Assembly: GCF_018350175.1 (NCBI RefSeq)
Contig: NC_058368.1
Coordinates: forward strand, 147,438,001 to 147,502,000
Length of the DNA: 64,000 nucleotides
DNA from: Felis catus
Lineage: Eukaryota
Direction: 5' to 3'
In this document: positions 23,311 to 37,225 of the stretch, in pieces
Layout: the number at the start of each line of letters is the position of its first letter
Numbering within the stretch: position 1 is the stretch's first letter
Notes under the pieces: generated by a model
The model's input: the letters and a program-made list of their open reading frames with translations, nothing else
Told to the model about the DNA's origin: nothing
The model's database searches: none
Program-made: the position numbers and the translations under genes

Positions 23311-24718
23311 CTTTAGTAACTTTCTGTGGGCACGGCACACATCCTCTGGTTTCCTGGGTCCAGTGCAGCCATTACAGTAATTTTCTATATATCGGCATTT
23401 GCTCAAAAAATAACTTTAAGAGGGGAAGACATTACTGTCAGTGTAGAAAGGAAATACGTGTTTATGAATGTACAGGATAGGATAAAAGAAAAAAATAATG
23501 TTTTCTTTAGCTGGAAAGAAAGAGAGGCTTGTGAAGCTTTGGCAGGATTGAATGTTGTAAACTTTGAGGTTGCATTTGACAGAAAATTGCAACTCAGTGT
23601 CTTCTGATTTGAAACAAAATCATAAAAACTTCTTTCACACCTACCATAGCCACAGCTATTTAAATACATGGTTAATGGTGGGGGGGGGGGTGGAGGGAGG
23701 AGAAATGTTGTAACAGTCCAAAGGACAATCTTGAACCGTTTCTCCCTTTACCTGGTTTTCATTGGCATTTTGCTCTTTTTTTTTTTTTCCATTTATAGCA
23801 CTGCTGAAAACTAAGCCAGAGACATATTTATCTTAAAATATACAAAACTTTCAGTTTGATCCATCAAGCATAGTAATTGGACCAACGTTAAATGAAATTT
23901 AGAGAAAATGTTTCTGCTATCCATAAAAAACTGTCAAAGATAATGAATACATAAGATCCTCTCTGAGTTTCCTGGTTCCAAAATGGGTTGCAACTTAAAG
24001 AGAAAACTCTTGTCAATAAAAATTTATTTTCATAATCATGATTTCATTTTAAACTTGAAAAAGCAAATGGAATATATTTTAATATATGGTATTTGGCAAA
24101 TACAATTTAAAATATGGTTTGTTTCTTCAGGCATGAGGAAAATAACATTTAATTACATGTGTTTAATGTTAATGTTGATTCTGTTACTTCTGTCTATAGA
24201 TAAAAGACTAGCACATTTTCCTTCATATACATAGTAATTTTAAATATCTCACTAAAATAAAATAGAATATGATACATGTCTCATATAATAGTTGTAATTT
24301 GTTTTAAATTATCATTATATTAGCATAACATGAAATACTTGATTAAATGTTTTAAATTCATATATTTGCATACAAACCAACACAAAACTAGCATGCCAAT
24401 ATTAAATTTGGAGGATGAAAGAAATATCATGGTCCTCACTAAGAAGAAAATTATAGTATCTTGTCCTTATGCTTGAGAGTGACCAAAACAAAAATTAAAA
24501 ATGTAAGATAAGAGATTTTTAATAAAGTTTTGAAACATCAATGACAGCATACCTTTTTTGCTTTATTTGATGATCCCAGGGACTTAATTCATAGAGAAGC
24601 TTTTATTTTCAAGAACAAAATTATAAAGCATTTATAAAAGAGACTCAAGCATAATTGTACCATTGCCTCATGAAATCCTTAAAGAATTCAGATTTTTCTA
24701 GTTATATTCCAGTAATAT

Positions 24719-24923
24719 TCTTTTATTTTTGAGAGAGAGAAAGAGAGAGGGAGTATGAGTGACAGAGGGGCAGAGAGAGAGAGAGGAGACAGAGAATCCC
24801 AAGCAGGTTCTGCGTTGTCAGCACAGAACCTTATGTGGGGCTCGAACTCATGCACCACGAGATCATGACCTGAGCCAAAATCAAGAAACAGATTCTTAAC
24901 CAACTGAGCCACCCAGGTACCCT
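24719..24923 (-). mobile_element. CAN-SINE
   Basis: Ends in ctgagccacccaggtacc; GA tract. Confidence 0.92.
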
Positions 24924-27900
24924 CAATAATATATGTTTTTAAGTATGTATAGGGATGGAACTTAATTTGTAATGCAATTTGTGATCTGAAAATTACTGTA
25001 GTGGACATTTTGAACTGAAAAGTTATAGCTTATACAGTGTAAACTCATTCCAATATGGGTCTTTGCTCACCCAGACATCAACAAATAAAATTGAAAAAAA
25101 ATAATTTTCTATTTAGTTGAATTAGTATTTACCATTTTAAGGAATACATTTGTGAACGTTTTCTACAAAATAATGTAATGAGAAAATTTTACATGAATTT
25201 GAAAGTAGAGATTATGTCTATCTAAAATCAGTTTGGTTTTTAAAGGTATTGTTTTAGTTAGTTTTTTTTTTTTTTTTAAGTCTTTGTAGATGATGAATTT
25301 AGAAAAGTCCTTAGAGGGTCAAGCTGGAGATGGGTAAAGTGCATGCAAATGGAAGTTAGGCACTTTTGACAAAAAGTTTTAAAAATTTCATTTGTCTACT
25401 TTTAAAAATGAAATTAACAGTGGTATTGATGGTAAACGATCTTCTAATCTTATTGTTTCTGAGGAGGAGACATGATTGTGTTTAGGGTGAGGGGTGGAAA
25501 TGTTTCTCGTGTTGCCTGTGATGATCTGACTCAGCATCAGCTGAAAACACCCGTGTATTATTTTAACATTTTCCTTTCCTCTATTAAATAATGTGTCACT
25601 CTGGGCTGTGACTCAAGCTGGTGACTCAGTTTTGTTCAAGACTCTGCCTGGGAACCTTCAGCAATGACTAAAAATGTCAGGAAGTCTTCCCTTTAGAAGA
25701 GCCCTGGTTTCAATAACTTAAGTGTGTAGACAACTGATCCACAACTTTTAGGGAGTTTACTTTAAATAAAAGAAATGGCTAGGCCTTTAACCTTTCATAT
25801 TTTTTAACCACAGCAAAATATTTTATTGTTTCATCTGCTCTATATTCTACTGTACTTATATCATTATTGTATTTCTTTTGCTATTTTGTTTTTCAAATGC
25901 AGAATACTAATCTTAGGAATTCTCTGAATTCCAGACAAGAGAGATGGACAGTCCTTTTGCTTCCAATTAGTCCTGTAAAATCCCTTTTAATGCTATAGAA
26001 TAGATCTCCATTTTTTGTCCCCGATGGCACCTTTGCCCTAAAAGGCAGTCTTGTGGAGAAAGTAGATTGCATGGAGCTTAAATCACTGCTCCTGGCAGTT
26101 GCTGGGACTGCTGGCTGAGGATTCCTCCCCACGGGAGCAGTAAGCACCAACTGACAGAGAGCTCAGCGTAAGGACTAGAGTAGTGTTGCTTTCTAGTTTC
26201 TAAGATCATTCAGTCCTTAATACACGAATCCATGAACTAAAGATAGCTTTCTGACAGTTGACCAAGTCTCCCTTTTCAGCCCATAGTATGAGGTGAAAAG
26301 GAAAGTGGAACTTATCATAATTCCTTTACTAGTTGTATCAGCTAGCACTTCCAGAACAAATCTGAATCACTGTCAATGGTGTGAACTTCTGATAGCCTTC
26401 TAGTCCAAGTCCGGAGGGGTGCAAACATGAGCAACCTTTAGAAACATGTCATTAACTAGTTTGTCTCTGCCTCCTGCAGTAATCTCCTAAGTACTTGAAG
26501 CTGAAAAGGAAGATGTACCTCTTTGCATATGTCTTGAGAAAGTACAGTGAGTCTGTCCCTAAGTCTGTTTACACAATTTTGTGGTAAAGAAGTCTTACAA
26601 TAGAAGTTAAATTCTCGGTTGATTTTTGTTTCCTCTTTAAAAACAGGCCAAGTAGAAAGGAGGGTGGAATTGGGGGGGGGTGTGCAGTTGGAAGAGAGCA
26701 CACATCAACGTTTTCCCAGGAAATTGTGAGAGGTATTTCTCTTTGAAAATAAAGATATCCTGATATTTAACTGCTGATATCTGGATAACTGGAGCTCACA
26801 GTACACGGTGGCATGGGAGAGGTTGGCGACCTGGGAAGGAGGGGTGGTATGGTCCTAGAGGGGCTGAAAGTGGATGATTTGGCAGAAGTCAGGGAGCCAA
26901 ATACCTGGAGAGGATATTAGAAGAAACCTCCTCCACACCGCCACCATGAGTGCAGATTTTAAAAATGTGTAGAGTTTTAGAGTTTTATTTTAGAGTTTAT
27001 TAATTTTTTTCTGCCTATTAAACTTCATTCCACAGAATAGATCTCGATTAAGGATTCTTACAAGCAGGAATATTGGTTACCTAGTATAATTTCTTTTTCT
27101 AAACTTTACTTCATCGTCGGTTCTCTTAAACAATATGGCCAAATGTACTATGAACATATCTCTCATCATGAACAGGATGTTGTTTTTGCATTGACCAGCT
27201 TTCTTATAAAATTAGACCAACATAAGGGGTCTAAACATTATGTCCTATTTGCTTTATTTGGAACAACACCTAATAACATTTTTTCTCAATTAAATTCTCT
27301 GATCAGTCTGTTTCTTTGATCAATCAACAGAGTTAAACTCCCGACAAGCATTACCAGGTCCTCTGTGAATTCATACTATTTTCCTCCTCATTGACTCTGA
27401 TCTGTAAGTTTTATCAAGCACTTTGGGTTGATTCTCACCCTCAGTTAATTTCTCTCTTACCAGTAAGGAAATCTAATCATGGGATGTTCAATTATTCATC
27501 TACTCCTTCACGCATTCAAAAATATTAATTTATCACATACTATGTCTCAAGCATAAGGTTCTTTTTAAGAACTTTAGGCCGTAACTTTAAGGCCTGTAAA
27601 ATGCTAAGATATACTTTTCTTTAGTAGTGATATTGTGCAGCCCAAATACTCCAGTGACTTCTTAGTCTTGACTGAATTCACCAGTACATGCCCATACTAT
27701 CCATATAAACATACAACACTGGTCTGCCAAAACTACATCCATCTGAACTCAACAGATACTGGAATCCATTTAGCTTCAGATACCAGGGACAGCACAGTTT
27801 CATAAGGAAACCAGAGCCTCGATTAATGCTGCTAAGTGTTCTCTCTGGACATCTATTATTTAAAATGAAAATTCACACACTAATCTAAATTAAATTCAGC

Positions 27901-28819
27901 CTATTGTGCAGGCAAGCCACATAGGGGAGTGAGGAGACCTAAGAAAACACAGTAAGTGTTGGAAAATTTGAAAATGCATGGCCCAGTCTTAAGGGTACAG
28001 TAGCCACTGACATCGTCAGTGTTGCTTTGTGTAATTATGGGTCAGGATGGCCAGACCCCAATTTTTCAAAACCTGAAATTCAATATAACATTTCCTTAAT
28101 TTTAATAATGCAGATGTAACTCAACATTTCTGCAAATCAAATAAAGTATAGTTCTGGTGATTGGATTTTTAAAAAAAATTTCCAGTTGAATAACTAAAAT
28201 AAAGATCGATCAACAAGCTAATTAGCTTTACTATCAAACTACATAAAATAGAAAAATTCAGGCCAATATTTTAATCTAATTTTTGGTAAGTAGAAAGAAA
28301 TAATGAAAAGAAACTAGAGACAAATTTCTTGTCTGCATGCAATTAAAAAAAAAAAAACAACTTCTGCCAAACATAAGTTATAAAAATACTGAACGCCAAC
28401 GATTAAAGCAGAAAGAATACTTCTTAGTGATGACTAACTCTCATATACCACTAGTGGGAATGTCAATTGCTTCTACCTTCTAAGAAGCAATTTGACAATA
28501 CAGGTAAATCAAATAGTAAGTAAAATAAATATAGCCTTTGATCTAGTAAATCATTTTTAAGAATTTATCCTAAGAAGTCCATTTAATATAGTTTTATATA
28601 TCATTATAATTCAGTAACAGGAGTGGTTATTCTAGAATAAGTATTATATCTAGTATAATGTATATCACAAAATTTATTACATTAAATATTCAAAAGAAGT
28701 TAAATGTTCAGTATTAACTAAAATCTAAGTTATCTTAACCAATTCAACAAAAATAGTTCTATGCTCTTTGTAACATAGTTTTAATTAATTTTAAGATATT
28801 GAATAAGGCAAATGCATAT

Positions 28820-29750
28820 TGTTAGTCTAGACTTTTTAAATGCTGAAACAAAATCACCCATAATCCACCACTACTTCAGAACTGCTAAAATTTTAGAAAA
28901 TACCTTTTTAGAATATATCTTTGTTGTATATGAACGGAGGAAATGAACATGTATGAATTATATTTCTTCCTTCCCCTTTCATGTCTCTCTTCATTCGTGC
29001 TCCCACTGACCATTAAACAATATATTATAGATATATTTATGGTACATTACACATGTAGATGTAATTTTAAATGATTTTTATAACATTCTCTCCTATGATG
29101 TATGACAAATTTAACAAAATAATCCAATCCTTTATTGACTGGGCTTTGGGTTGTATTCATTTTTCGTTGTTATTACTGATTATCTTGCTATCAGAGATAA
29201 TGCTGTAACACAGTTTGGTGAGTATGTCTTTATAAACTGCAACAATCATTTCTGTAGAAAAGATTCTGAGGTGAGAGGAGGAGGGGGGAAGCATATAGAT
29301 GTTAAATTCTAATAGATACTCCTTACGTTTTCCAGAAAGTTTGTACCAAGTTAATCTTTCACCCACAGAGTAGGAGAGTACCCATTTTCCCCAATAATAC
29401 TAGATATTAGCAGGCTTTTTGAATTATGCAGATATGATAGTCCAAAAACTCTCATTATTTTAATTTGTGGTACTCTGACTAGCAGTGAGGTTACACATCT
29501 TCATTTGTTTTTTTACCTATTACTTTGATCTTATATGAATTACTTATTTATATTTTATGCTCATTTCTTATGGTGAGATTTTGTTTTTATACATAATTTC
29601 ATAGTCTTAATATAATGGAGATATAGTGTTTTCTTAAATATTTCTCAACCTTCCCTGAGTTTTTTTTTTAACTCTGTTGAGCAGAAGTTTTAAATATTTT
29701 ATGTGGTTTATCAACCTTCTCATTTATGCTTAAAATTATGCCATTGTGGG
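28820..29750 (-). mobile_element. Ancient L1ME-like 3' region
   Basis: ttccagaaagtttgtaccaagtt...tttcacccacagag...gagagtacccattttcccc. Confidence 0.62.
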
Positions 29751-30271
29751 TTTATAATTTCACTGATAATTACATGAACACGTTCAGACTATCAGACTTT
29801 ACTCCTGATCCTTGTGTGTGTATTTTATATAATGATTTATTCATATGCATATAAATATAGATGATAAATATGTATATATTAGAAATAGTATATATGCTAT
29901 TTTTGGCACATCTCCAATTAAGAAATCATTTAAAAGTTTCTATTGCTTTTGTATTTAGAGAAAGTACTGAAAAATTCTTCCGTTTTAAAGTAAATTGACA
30001 TTTGTTTAGACTTTCTCATTTAATCACATGCCCATGCATCTTTCTAACCCTAACAACCTTCTGAAAGTCTCTTACCTCCCATAGGGAATTGACAATGCCT
30101 ATTTATCTGAAAAAAACACTCTATTTCTTTGCTACACTCTTCAGCTGTGCATTTCAGCACTTGATATTTACTTCATTCATGAAATAAGAAAGGAATAAAG
30201 GACAAGAATACTATGTGTTGTTATTTTCCATCATTTTTTTTCTTCTTAGTTACACTGATGGGTGAGTGCCA

Positions 30272-31270
30272 GGAGTAGTAGATTCAGATTTTGTAGGACC
30301 TGAGGCTTGTATAATATAGCTGGTTCCCTCTATGAAAAATTATACAAAGCTATAAATAAAAAAAATAGAAACAGAAATGAATATTCACTTAGTGTGACCT
30401 TATTTTTAATTCTGAAATTACTCCAATCATTTTTAAATCTGAAAAAGTTAAGTTATATCTCAAAGTTCGAAGTATCACAGAATGAAACATTTTAATTTAT
30501 TAACAGCTGGGCACGTGTTTATAATCTGTCACTTTTTTTGGATAGATATTTTTTGATCACTTCTTTATTTCAAAACAATTTTTAAATATGAATTCCTCTA
30601 GAGAATAATTTGATCTTTTCACTAGCATGATTCATTTAAAAATTTTAAATCAGTAATTTAAGTTTATAAGGCATGACTCCTAGTGAACAAAGTCAGAAAC
30701 TCATAGAATTGGTATTAAAGGTTATAAAACTTTATCAACTTTCATTAATAAACAAGGTGTAAAATTTCAAGGAATATTCCACAGAGTGGATCTCTACTTG
30801 TGATGTTTCTCTTCCACCACCCATGTACATTTAATGCTGATTACCTCCATACGGTGTAGCCTTACATCTCACTGTCAGAGCCATGGGTTATCAAGCTAGT
30901 AAGTGGTGGCGATATTCATGGAGTCACTGCTACACGACAACAGCGAGTAGTCACTTACAATAGATAAGATAACTACAAACCATACAAATGAATGCCAAAA
31001 AAATGTATCCTCAAGTCAACATTTTCATAATCATATCCCCCAAATTCCCATGGCCCCTCCAGTGCCACTCCTCATGGAGGACGGTTGCTGACAAAGGGAG
31101 AATTGGACTAGAAAGAAACAATGGTTAAATATGTTACTTTTTCTAATTTTTTCAAAAGCCTATGACCACATGTTGCCAGTTCCGTACCAGGGCCTTGGAA
31201 TGAGTGGTGCAAACAGGAGCCCCTGCAACTTAAACTTCACTAATACCAAGGCAAACAAATCTGTCTCTAG
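30272..31270. mobile_element. Decayed hAT-Tip100-like DNA transposon
   Basis: Ends resemble Arthur/Zaphod/MER91-type termini (gtagattcagattttgtaggacctgaggctt; gagccctgcaacttaaacttcac...aaatctgtctct); family recalled from memory only. Confidence 0.4.
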
Positions 31271-31707
31271 TGAGAACTGGCATCAGCTTGTGAAATTGCA
31301 CTCTGCTTCCTCAGAATAAATCAGTCAAGTGCTCAGTTATTTGTGGAGTAACCTGCATTTCCTGTTATCACTTCAGAAAGGAAAGGAGGAAGAAATGGCA
31401 AACCAAGGCTACAAATTCTGGTTCACAGCGGGGCATCACATAAACTAACCAAACTGCTTAAAAGAGGTAAACAAATCTAAGTCTTCTTAAAACGAAATGG
31501 ACATTTTATCCTTTTATTCATCAAAGTTCTGTTCCTAAAAGTTAAATGTTAACTTAATGTTACATGTTAATTACATTTATATGTTTGATTAAATAGTACT
31601 CCCAGCAATGAGATGCATGTGATCATTAATAATGTATTACAGAATTACAAAAGGCAATTTTCAAAATTATGTTCAATATGACACAACTTTGTAAAAATAT
31701 ATTTGTG

Positions 31708-31912
31708 AGGGTGTCTGGGTGGCTCAGTCAGTTAAGTGTCTCACTCCTGATTTCCGCTCAGGTCATGATCTCACAGTTCGTGAGTTTGAGTCCCATGTCA
31801 GGCTCTGCTCTGTTGGTGTGGAGCCTGCTTGGGATTCTCTGTCTGCCTCTCTCTCTGCCCTTCCTCTGCTTGTGCTCCCTTTCTCTCTCTCAAAAATAAA
31901 ATTAACTAAAAA
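31708..31912 (+). mobile_element. CAN-SINE
   Basis: gggtgtctgggtggctcagtcagttaag head; CT tract. Confidence 0.92.
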
Positions 31913-32045
31913 TATATAGTTGTAGTAGTATAAGAAACACTTTGGAAACTTTTCATTAAAGGGTAAGCAATGGTTCTCTCCAAGGCATATCATTATGGAT
32001 ATTTTGAAATTTAATTTCAAAATTTAATTTCAAAACACACCCTTA

Positions 32046-32265
32046 GGGGGCGCCTGGGTGGCTCAGTCAGTTAAGTGTCCAACTTGAGCTCAGGTCATGA
32101 TCTCATGGTCTGTGAGTTTCAGCCCCACGTTGGGCTCTGTGCTGACCGCTCAGATCCTGTAGCCTGCTTCCGATTCTGTGTCTCCCTCTCTCTCTGCCCC
32201 TCCTCTGCTCATGCTCTCTCTCTGTCTCAAAAATAAATAAAAAACATTAAAAAATTTTAAAAAAT
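32046..32265 (+). mobile_element. CAN-SINE with TSD cacaccctta
   Basis: gggggcgcctgggtggctcag head; TSD on both sides. Confidence 0.95.
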
Positions 32266-32305
32266 CACACCCTTAAAATTTTAATTAAACATTTTAAACA
32301 TTACA

Positions 32306-32420
32306 GGGGAACCTGGCTGGCTCAGTTGGAAAAGCGTGAGACTCTTGATCTTGGGGTTATAAGTTTGAGCCAGACACTGGGTGTAGAGATTACTAAAATA
32401 AATAAATAAACTTAAATAAA
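32306..32420 (+). mobile_element. Short CAN-SINE subfamily lacking the CT tract
   Basis: ggggaacctggctggctcagttgg...gggtgtagagattactaaaataaa. Confidence 0.85.
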
Positions 32421-32887
32421 TTAAACACTATATATACATTGCTTCTTGAAATATGTTGTAAAAATTATAAAATGGTTTTTATTTGAAAAGCAATGTGAGC
32501 CACACAGTAATACGGAGGTTTCATATCATAGAAATCCATTTTGGTTCATATAAACTTGCGATTATCCAGAGCTCATTTTTATACCATTTATTTGACTCCA
32601 GCATCAGTCATTCAGCATTTATCTTTGCTGTGATAAGCTCATAGGTTTTCTACTTTTTTTGAGCTAAATCTTGATGAAGCAAATGATAATCTGAGGCTTG
32701 CCTACTATATGGTGAAAATCTCTCTGCATTTATAATAAAGGTCTCATCTCTACTTAATGTGTCAAGAGTGAATAAATGAAATTCTTTTAAACACATAAGA
32801 GCATATTTATTAACAATTTATATGAGTTATTTACCTGATTTTACATAATATGTGATAACATACTAATTATTTATATGAATTACTCTT

Positions 32888-33098
32888 ATTTTATTTATTA
32901 AAAAAATTTTTTTAATGTATTTATTTTTGAGAGACAGCATGTGAGCAGGGGAGGGGCAGAGAGAGGGAGACACAGAATCTGAAGCAGGCTCCAGGCTCTG
33001 TCAGCACAGAGCCCGATGAGGGGCTTGAACTTATGAACTGTGAGATCATGACCTGAGCCAAAGTCAGATGCTTAACATACTGAGATACTCAGGTTCCT
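32888..33098 (-). mobile_element. CAN-SINE
   Basis: gagatcatgacctgagcc core; GA tract. Confidence 0.9.
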
Positions 33099-33109
33099 CA
33101 TTCACTCAC

Positions 33110-33338
33110 TTTATTATTATTTTTTTATTTTTTTTAATGCTTATTTATTCTTGAGGGAGAGAGAGACAGAGTGTGACTGGGGGAGGGGCACAGAGAGAGG
33201 GAGACACAGAATCTGAAGGAGGACTCAGGCTCTGAGCTGTCAGCACAGAGTCCCATGCGGGGCTCGAACTCACGAACTGTGAGATCATGACCTGAGCCAA
33301 AGTCGGATGCTTAACCAACTGAGCCACCCAGGCACCCT
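33110..33338 (-). mobile_element. CAN-SINE
   Basis: Ends in gagccacccaggcaccc; cattcactca/cattcattca flanks. Confidence 0.92.
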
Positions 33339-35194
33339 GACATTCATTCATTTTAATACAAAGAAGGTTCTAAGGCTTCGAGTAAAACTTGTTTCTTTCA
33401 AAGATAAGGAAAAGCAATATACTTTGAAATTAAAAGACAAGTGAATAAAATATTCCAAATAGAATTGGGTTAGTATTATTCTCTGATTATATATTTTATA
33501 TTGTATGTTTTGGGTGATTGTCTGGAAACATGATATTACTAATCTTTGAGATACAGTAGCCAGGGTGGCCTGCAGAGTTTTGCAGTTCAATATATTTTAT
33601 CTTTAACGTGGATTTCTGGCCTCTTAGGGCTATCAGCCATCCTTTGAAAAGACCCTCTTTTGCTGCTTCCCTTTGTCATTAAACTCTTGTTTCTAATCTA
33701 TTGGCACATTTTTTACTGAGTTCCTATTTCGTTAAAGGCAAAGAAATAACAGGATTCCAACCTGCTCTTTAAAAGCTCAGAGTCAGTGAAGGTGAAGGTT
33801 TTATAATATTTGAATATAATTAGGAAAATCTACAAATACATAGTTCAACAATAACCATTAAGGGTTTTGTTATTTTGTTGCTTATTTACATGTTTTTATC
33901 AAGAGTAAAATGTAACTATTTTAGCCTCCATGGATGAGAAAGAAGACAGGGCAGTGAGTAACATACTCTGTATATCTATGGTATGGTTGGAGGTGTACAC
34001 TCTACATAGAAAGAAACAAGAAAACACCAAATTCTGGAAGAATCAAAAGTCAATCTGTTGCTGAAAATGTTTGGTAAAGATTGAAGTATCAAAGCTTCAA
34101 TTATTTATTTTTGAACATAGATCAGTTAGCAGTGATATCTTTAACTTGCGAATAGCCAAAAACTCAACTCAAAAGGAAATTTCTCAACTATGCGATTAAA
34201 ATCCAGGGATCACTTACAACCCAGGCATGGCTGGATTCAGCAGATCAAGCATTGTTACAAGCACTCACTTTCCCCAACTTTTGGTTTTGCCTGCTTCTGT
34301 GTTGGCTCCAGCCAGTCAATCACGTCCCACGTGGTGGGAAGATGACCACAGAGGTTTCAGCCTTGCATTATCATGGCTTGTAGAACAAGCAAACAACATC
34401 TCTTCTTCCATCAATTTAAACAAAACTCTAATCCTTACGGTCAACATCCCAAATCAAGGAGCATATCCATCTCTAAACCAATTTCTGTTAAAGGGAAAAT
34501 GATCTGCACGGTGTGGCTAAGGCCTGGACCACAAACACACCCCTGAAATAGGAAACAGAACCAGCTCCACCAAGGACAAGGACTGAAAAGGGGCAGCCAC
34601 TCCCCAAAAGGAAAATCAAGTAAGGTGAACTGGGTTTTGATAATCTAAAAAACAGTATGCTTCCACTTCATAGGGCAAGATGAAATATTGGTGAATTGTG
34701 GGGCTTTATCTTGAATACTTTTACAAGTCACAGAGTTGTATGTTTTGTCTGAATGTATGGACAGATGTTAACAAAATGTTTAACAAAAAGTATTTAGATG
34801 TTATTTAAAGAAGAAAATTTCTGTGTTAGGAAGAGTGTTGAGAAATAACCACAAATGTAAAATGATAAGAAATATGTCGGGAAGTTAACAATAAATATCA
34901 AAACTTTAAAAACTGCTGCATCATTTCAATTAATAAATTCATGTCTTCAAATTTATCTTAACAGAAAAAATAGGTCAAGCACAGATAGATATATACATGT
35001 TTACCATGCATTGTTAATAATACCAAGAATGGGAAATCATTAAATGATGAATAATAAAGAATAAGTCAAATAAATTTTCTTATATGTGCATAGGCAAATA
35101 CTTTGGAGGTATAATTATAATTTGTGTTTGTTAATAAGAAATATTGCACAAAACAGATCAGGTTAAAAAACAGCATATGTAGTATAAGCCCAGC

Positions 35195-35197
<3 letters not shown>

Positions 35198-35241
<44 letters not shown>
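35198..35241. repeat. (AT)n microsatellite
   Basis: Direct reading. Confidence 0.95.
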
Positions 35242-35243
<2 letters not shown>

Positions 35244-35948
35244 TTACAGAAATTTTGGAAGTATATATACTAAGAGGTTAAAAACATGGTTATGCCTACA
35301 TTATGGGGCTGATGCAATTTTTCCTTTTGCTTGGCTCTGTTTGCTATTTTATAAGCTAAAAAAATTCATTTAAAAATAAATAACGATAGGAAGAGGGACT
35401 GGAAAATCTCTTCACTTTTGATTTACAAAGTAAAATATAATTTTAATGAGAAAAAATGGTGTAGAACAGTTTGAATACTTTAGCTTTATTTTAAATATAT
35501 GAGAAATATGGTATTTCAATCTCAAAAAGAAAAATGATTTGGCTTACATGTGTGTGGCTGTGTGTGTATATGCTTACACATATATGTGGGCAACCCCCAA
35601 TTTTTATATTCAGATTTTATGTTATATTGCTAGTTTTAAACATATGTTAGGTTTTTTTCCCCCAATGACCAAATCACTGAATTACAGGAAATGTATACAA
35701 AGGAGCACTACTGTTATGCTTCAGAAACTTAATTGTATACATGAACTAAAAGACCTTGAGATTGCCAAATAGGAAAATTAGTACCATCAAAAGACCTTCA
35801 GTCACACATCACTTATTTTGAAATCTAACCCTTAACATCATTCTAAGAAGGCTTCAAATGGTTTATTGCAAAGTAATGCCAATGTCTTGCAGAGTAAAAC
35901 CTGTTTCCAAATATTTATAGTAACTGACATAAAAAATAAATACATCTA

Positions 35949-36165
35949 GGGGCGCCTGGGTGGCGCAGTCGGTTGAGCGTCCGACTTCAGCCAGGTCACG
36001 ATCTCGCGGTCCGTGAGTTCGAGCCCCGCATCAGGCTCTGGGCTGATGGCTCAGAGCCTGGAGCCTGTTTCCGTTTCTGTGTCTCCCTCTCTCTCTGCCC
36101 CTCCCCTGTTCATGCTCTCTCTCTGTCCCCAAAATAAATAAACGTTGAAAAAAAAATTAAAAAAA
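35949..36165 (+). mobile_element. Young felid SINE (SINEC_Fc-like)
   Basis: CpGs retained; TSD aaatacatcta. Confidence 0.95.
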
Positions 36166-36191
36166 AAATACATCTAAATTCAGATAAGTCA

Positions 36192-36332
36192 TTTTTTTTA
36201 AGTTTTTATGTATTTATTTAGAGAGAGAAAGTGCTAGTGGAGGAGGGGCAGAGGAAGAGGGAGAGAGAGAATCCCCAGCAGGTTCTGTACTGTCAGCACA
36301 GAGCCCTATGTGGGCCTTGACCCAATGAACCA
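36192..36332 (-). mobile_element. 5'-truncated CAN-SINE
   Basis: Only the tail, GA tract and ctgtcagcacagagccc are present. Confidence 0.85.
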
Positions 36333-36469
36333 AGCAGATAGCTCGTGGTTTGAAAGGAAAATATAACTTAAAGAGGATTCCAAGAGAATCAGAAAACTTC
36401 AAATCTGGATTAAGTCTTAGAGAACATCCAGTTTAAACTTTGTACTTTATTTTTTTAATGTAATTAAAT

Positions 36470-36810
36470 CTATATTTAAGTTTTTATTGAATTTTTGTTA
36501 GTGAACATGCAACGTAATATTGGTTTCTGGTATAGAATTCATGATGTGATCAACACTTCCATACATCACCTGTGCTCATCACAAGTGCCCTCTTTAATCC
36601 CCATCATCTATTTCACCCATACCCCCACTCCCCCTGGTACCCCTCTGGTAACCAAGAGTTGGTTTTCTATAGTTAGAGTCAGTTTCCTGGTTTGCCGCTC
36701 TCTTTCTTTTTTCCCCCTTTGGTCATTTGTTTTGTTTCTTAAATTCCATATATGAATGAAATAATATGGCATTTGTATTTCTCTGGCTGCCTTATTTTGC
36801 TTAGCTTTAT
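36470..36810 (-). mobile_element. Carnivore L1 3' end
   Basis: catcacctgtgctcatcacaagtgccctc...ttcttaaattccatatatgaatgaaat. Confidence 0.82.
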
Positions 36811-37009
36811 AAATATGAAAAAACTAGATATCATGAGGCAAAATGACCCACCCAAAGTCCTACAACTCAGTGAGGAAAACATTCAAGACAAGGTCACCTG
36901 ACTCACACTCCTTTGGTTTTGCTGTTATGCTACACTGCTAAAGCAACCAAAAATGAAACCTCTACTCATTGGATTTTCCTCAATGTAAGTCCGGAAAAAC
37001 AATGAATTG

Positions 37010-37225
37010 ACTTGTGGTGTCAAGGAAAAGGTATAGACTTTGAGTCAAACAAGCTGATCTTTCTCACAACTTAACTAAATCTAATCTTGGACATGGTAGT
37101 TGAGCTCTCTGAGCTTCACTTTCTCTATCTGTTAAATGGGATGCATAATATATACATAAAAGTGTTTGTGAGGCTTGTAAGTTTTGGAAGTATTATGTCT
37201 GAAAAGCCTAGTATATAGTAGGCTT
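37010..37225 (+). mobile_element. MIR
   Basis: agactttgagtcaaac...ctctctgagcttcactttctctatctgttaaatggg. Confidence 0.72.

Noticed and set aside
32306..32420. tRNA gene
   Set aside because: This is the tRNA-derived head of a CAN-SINE with an A-rich tail; no intact cloverleaf. The same applies to the other SINE heads.
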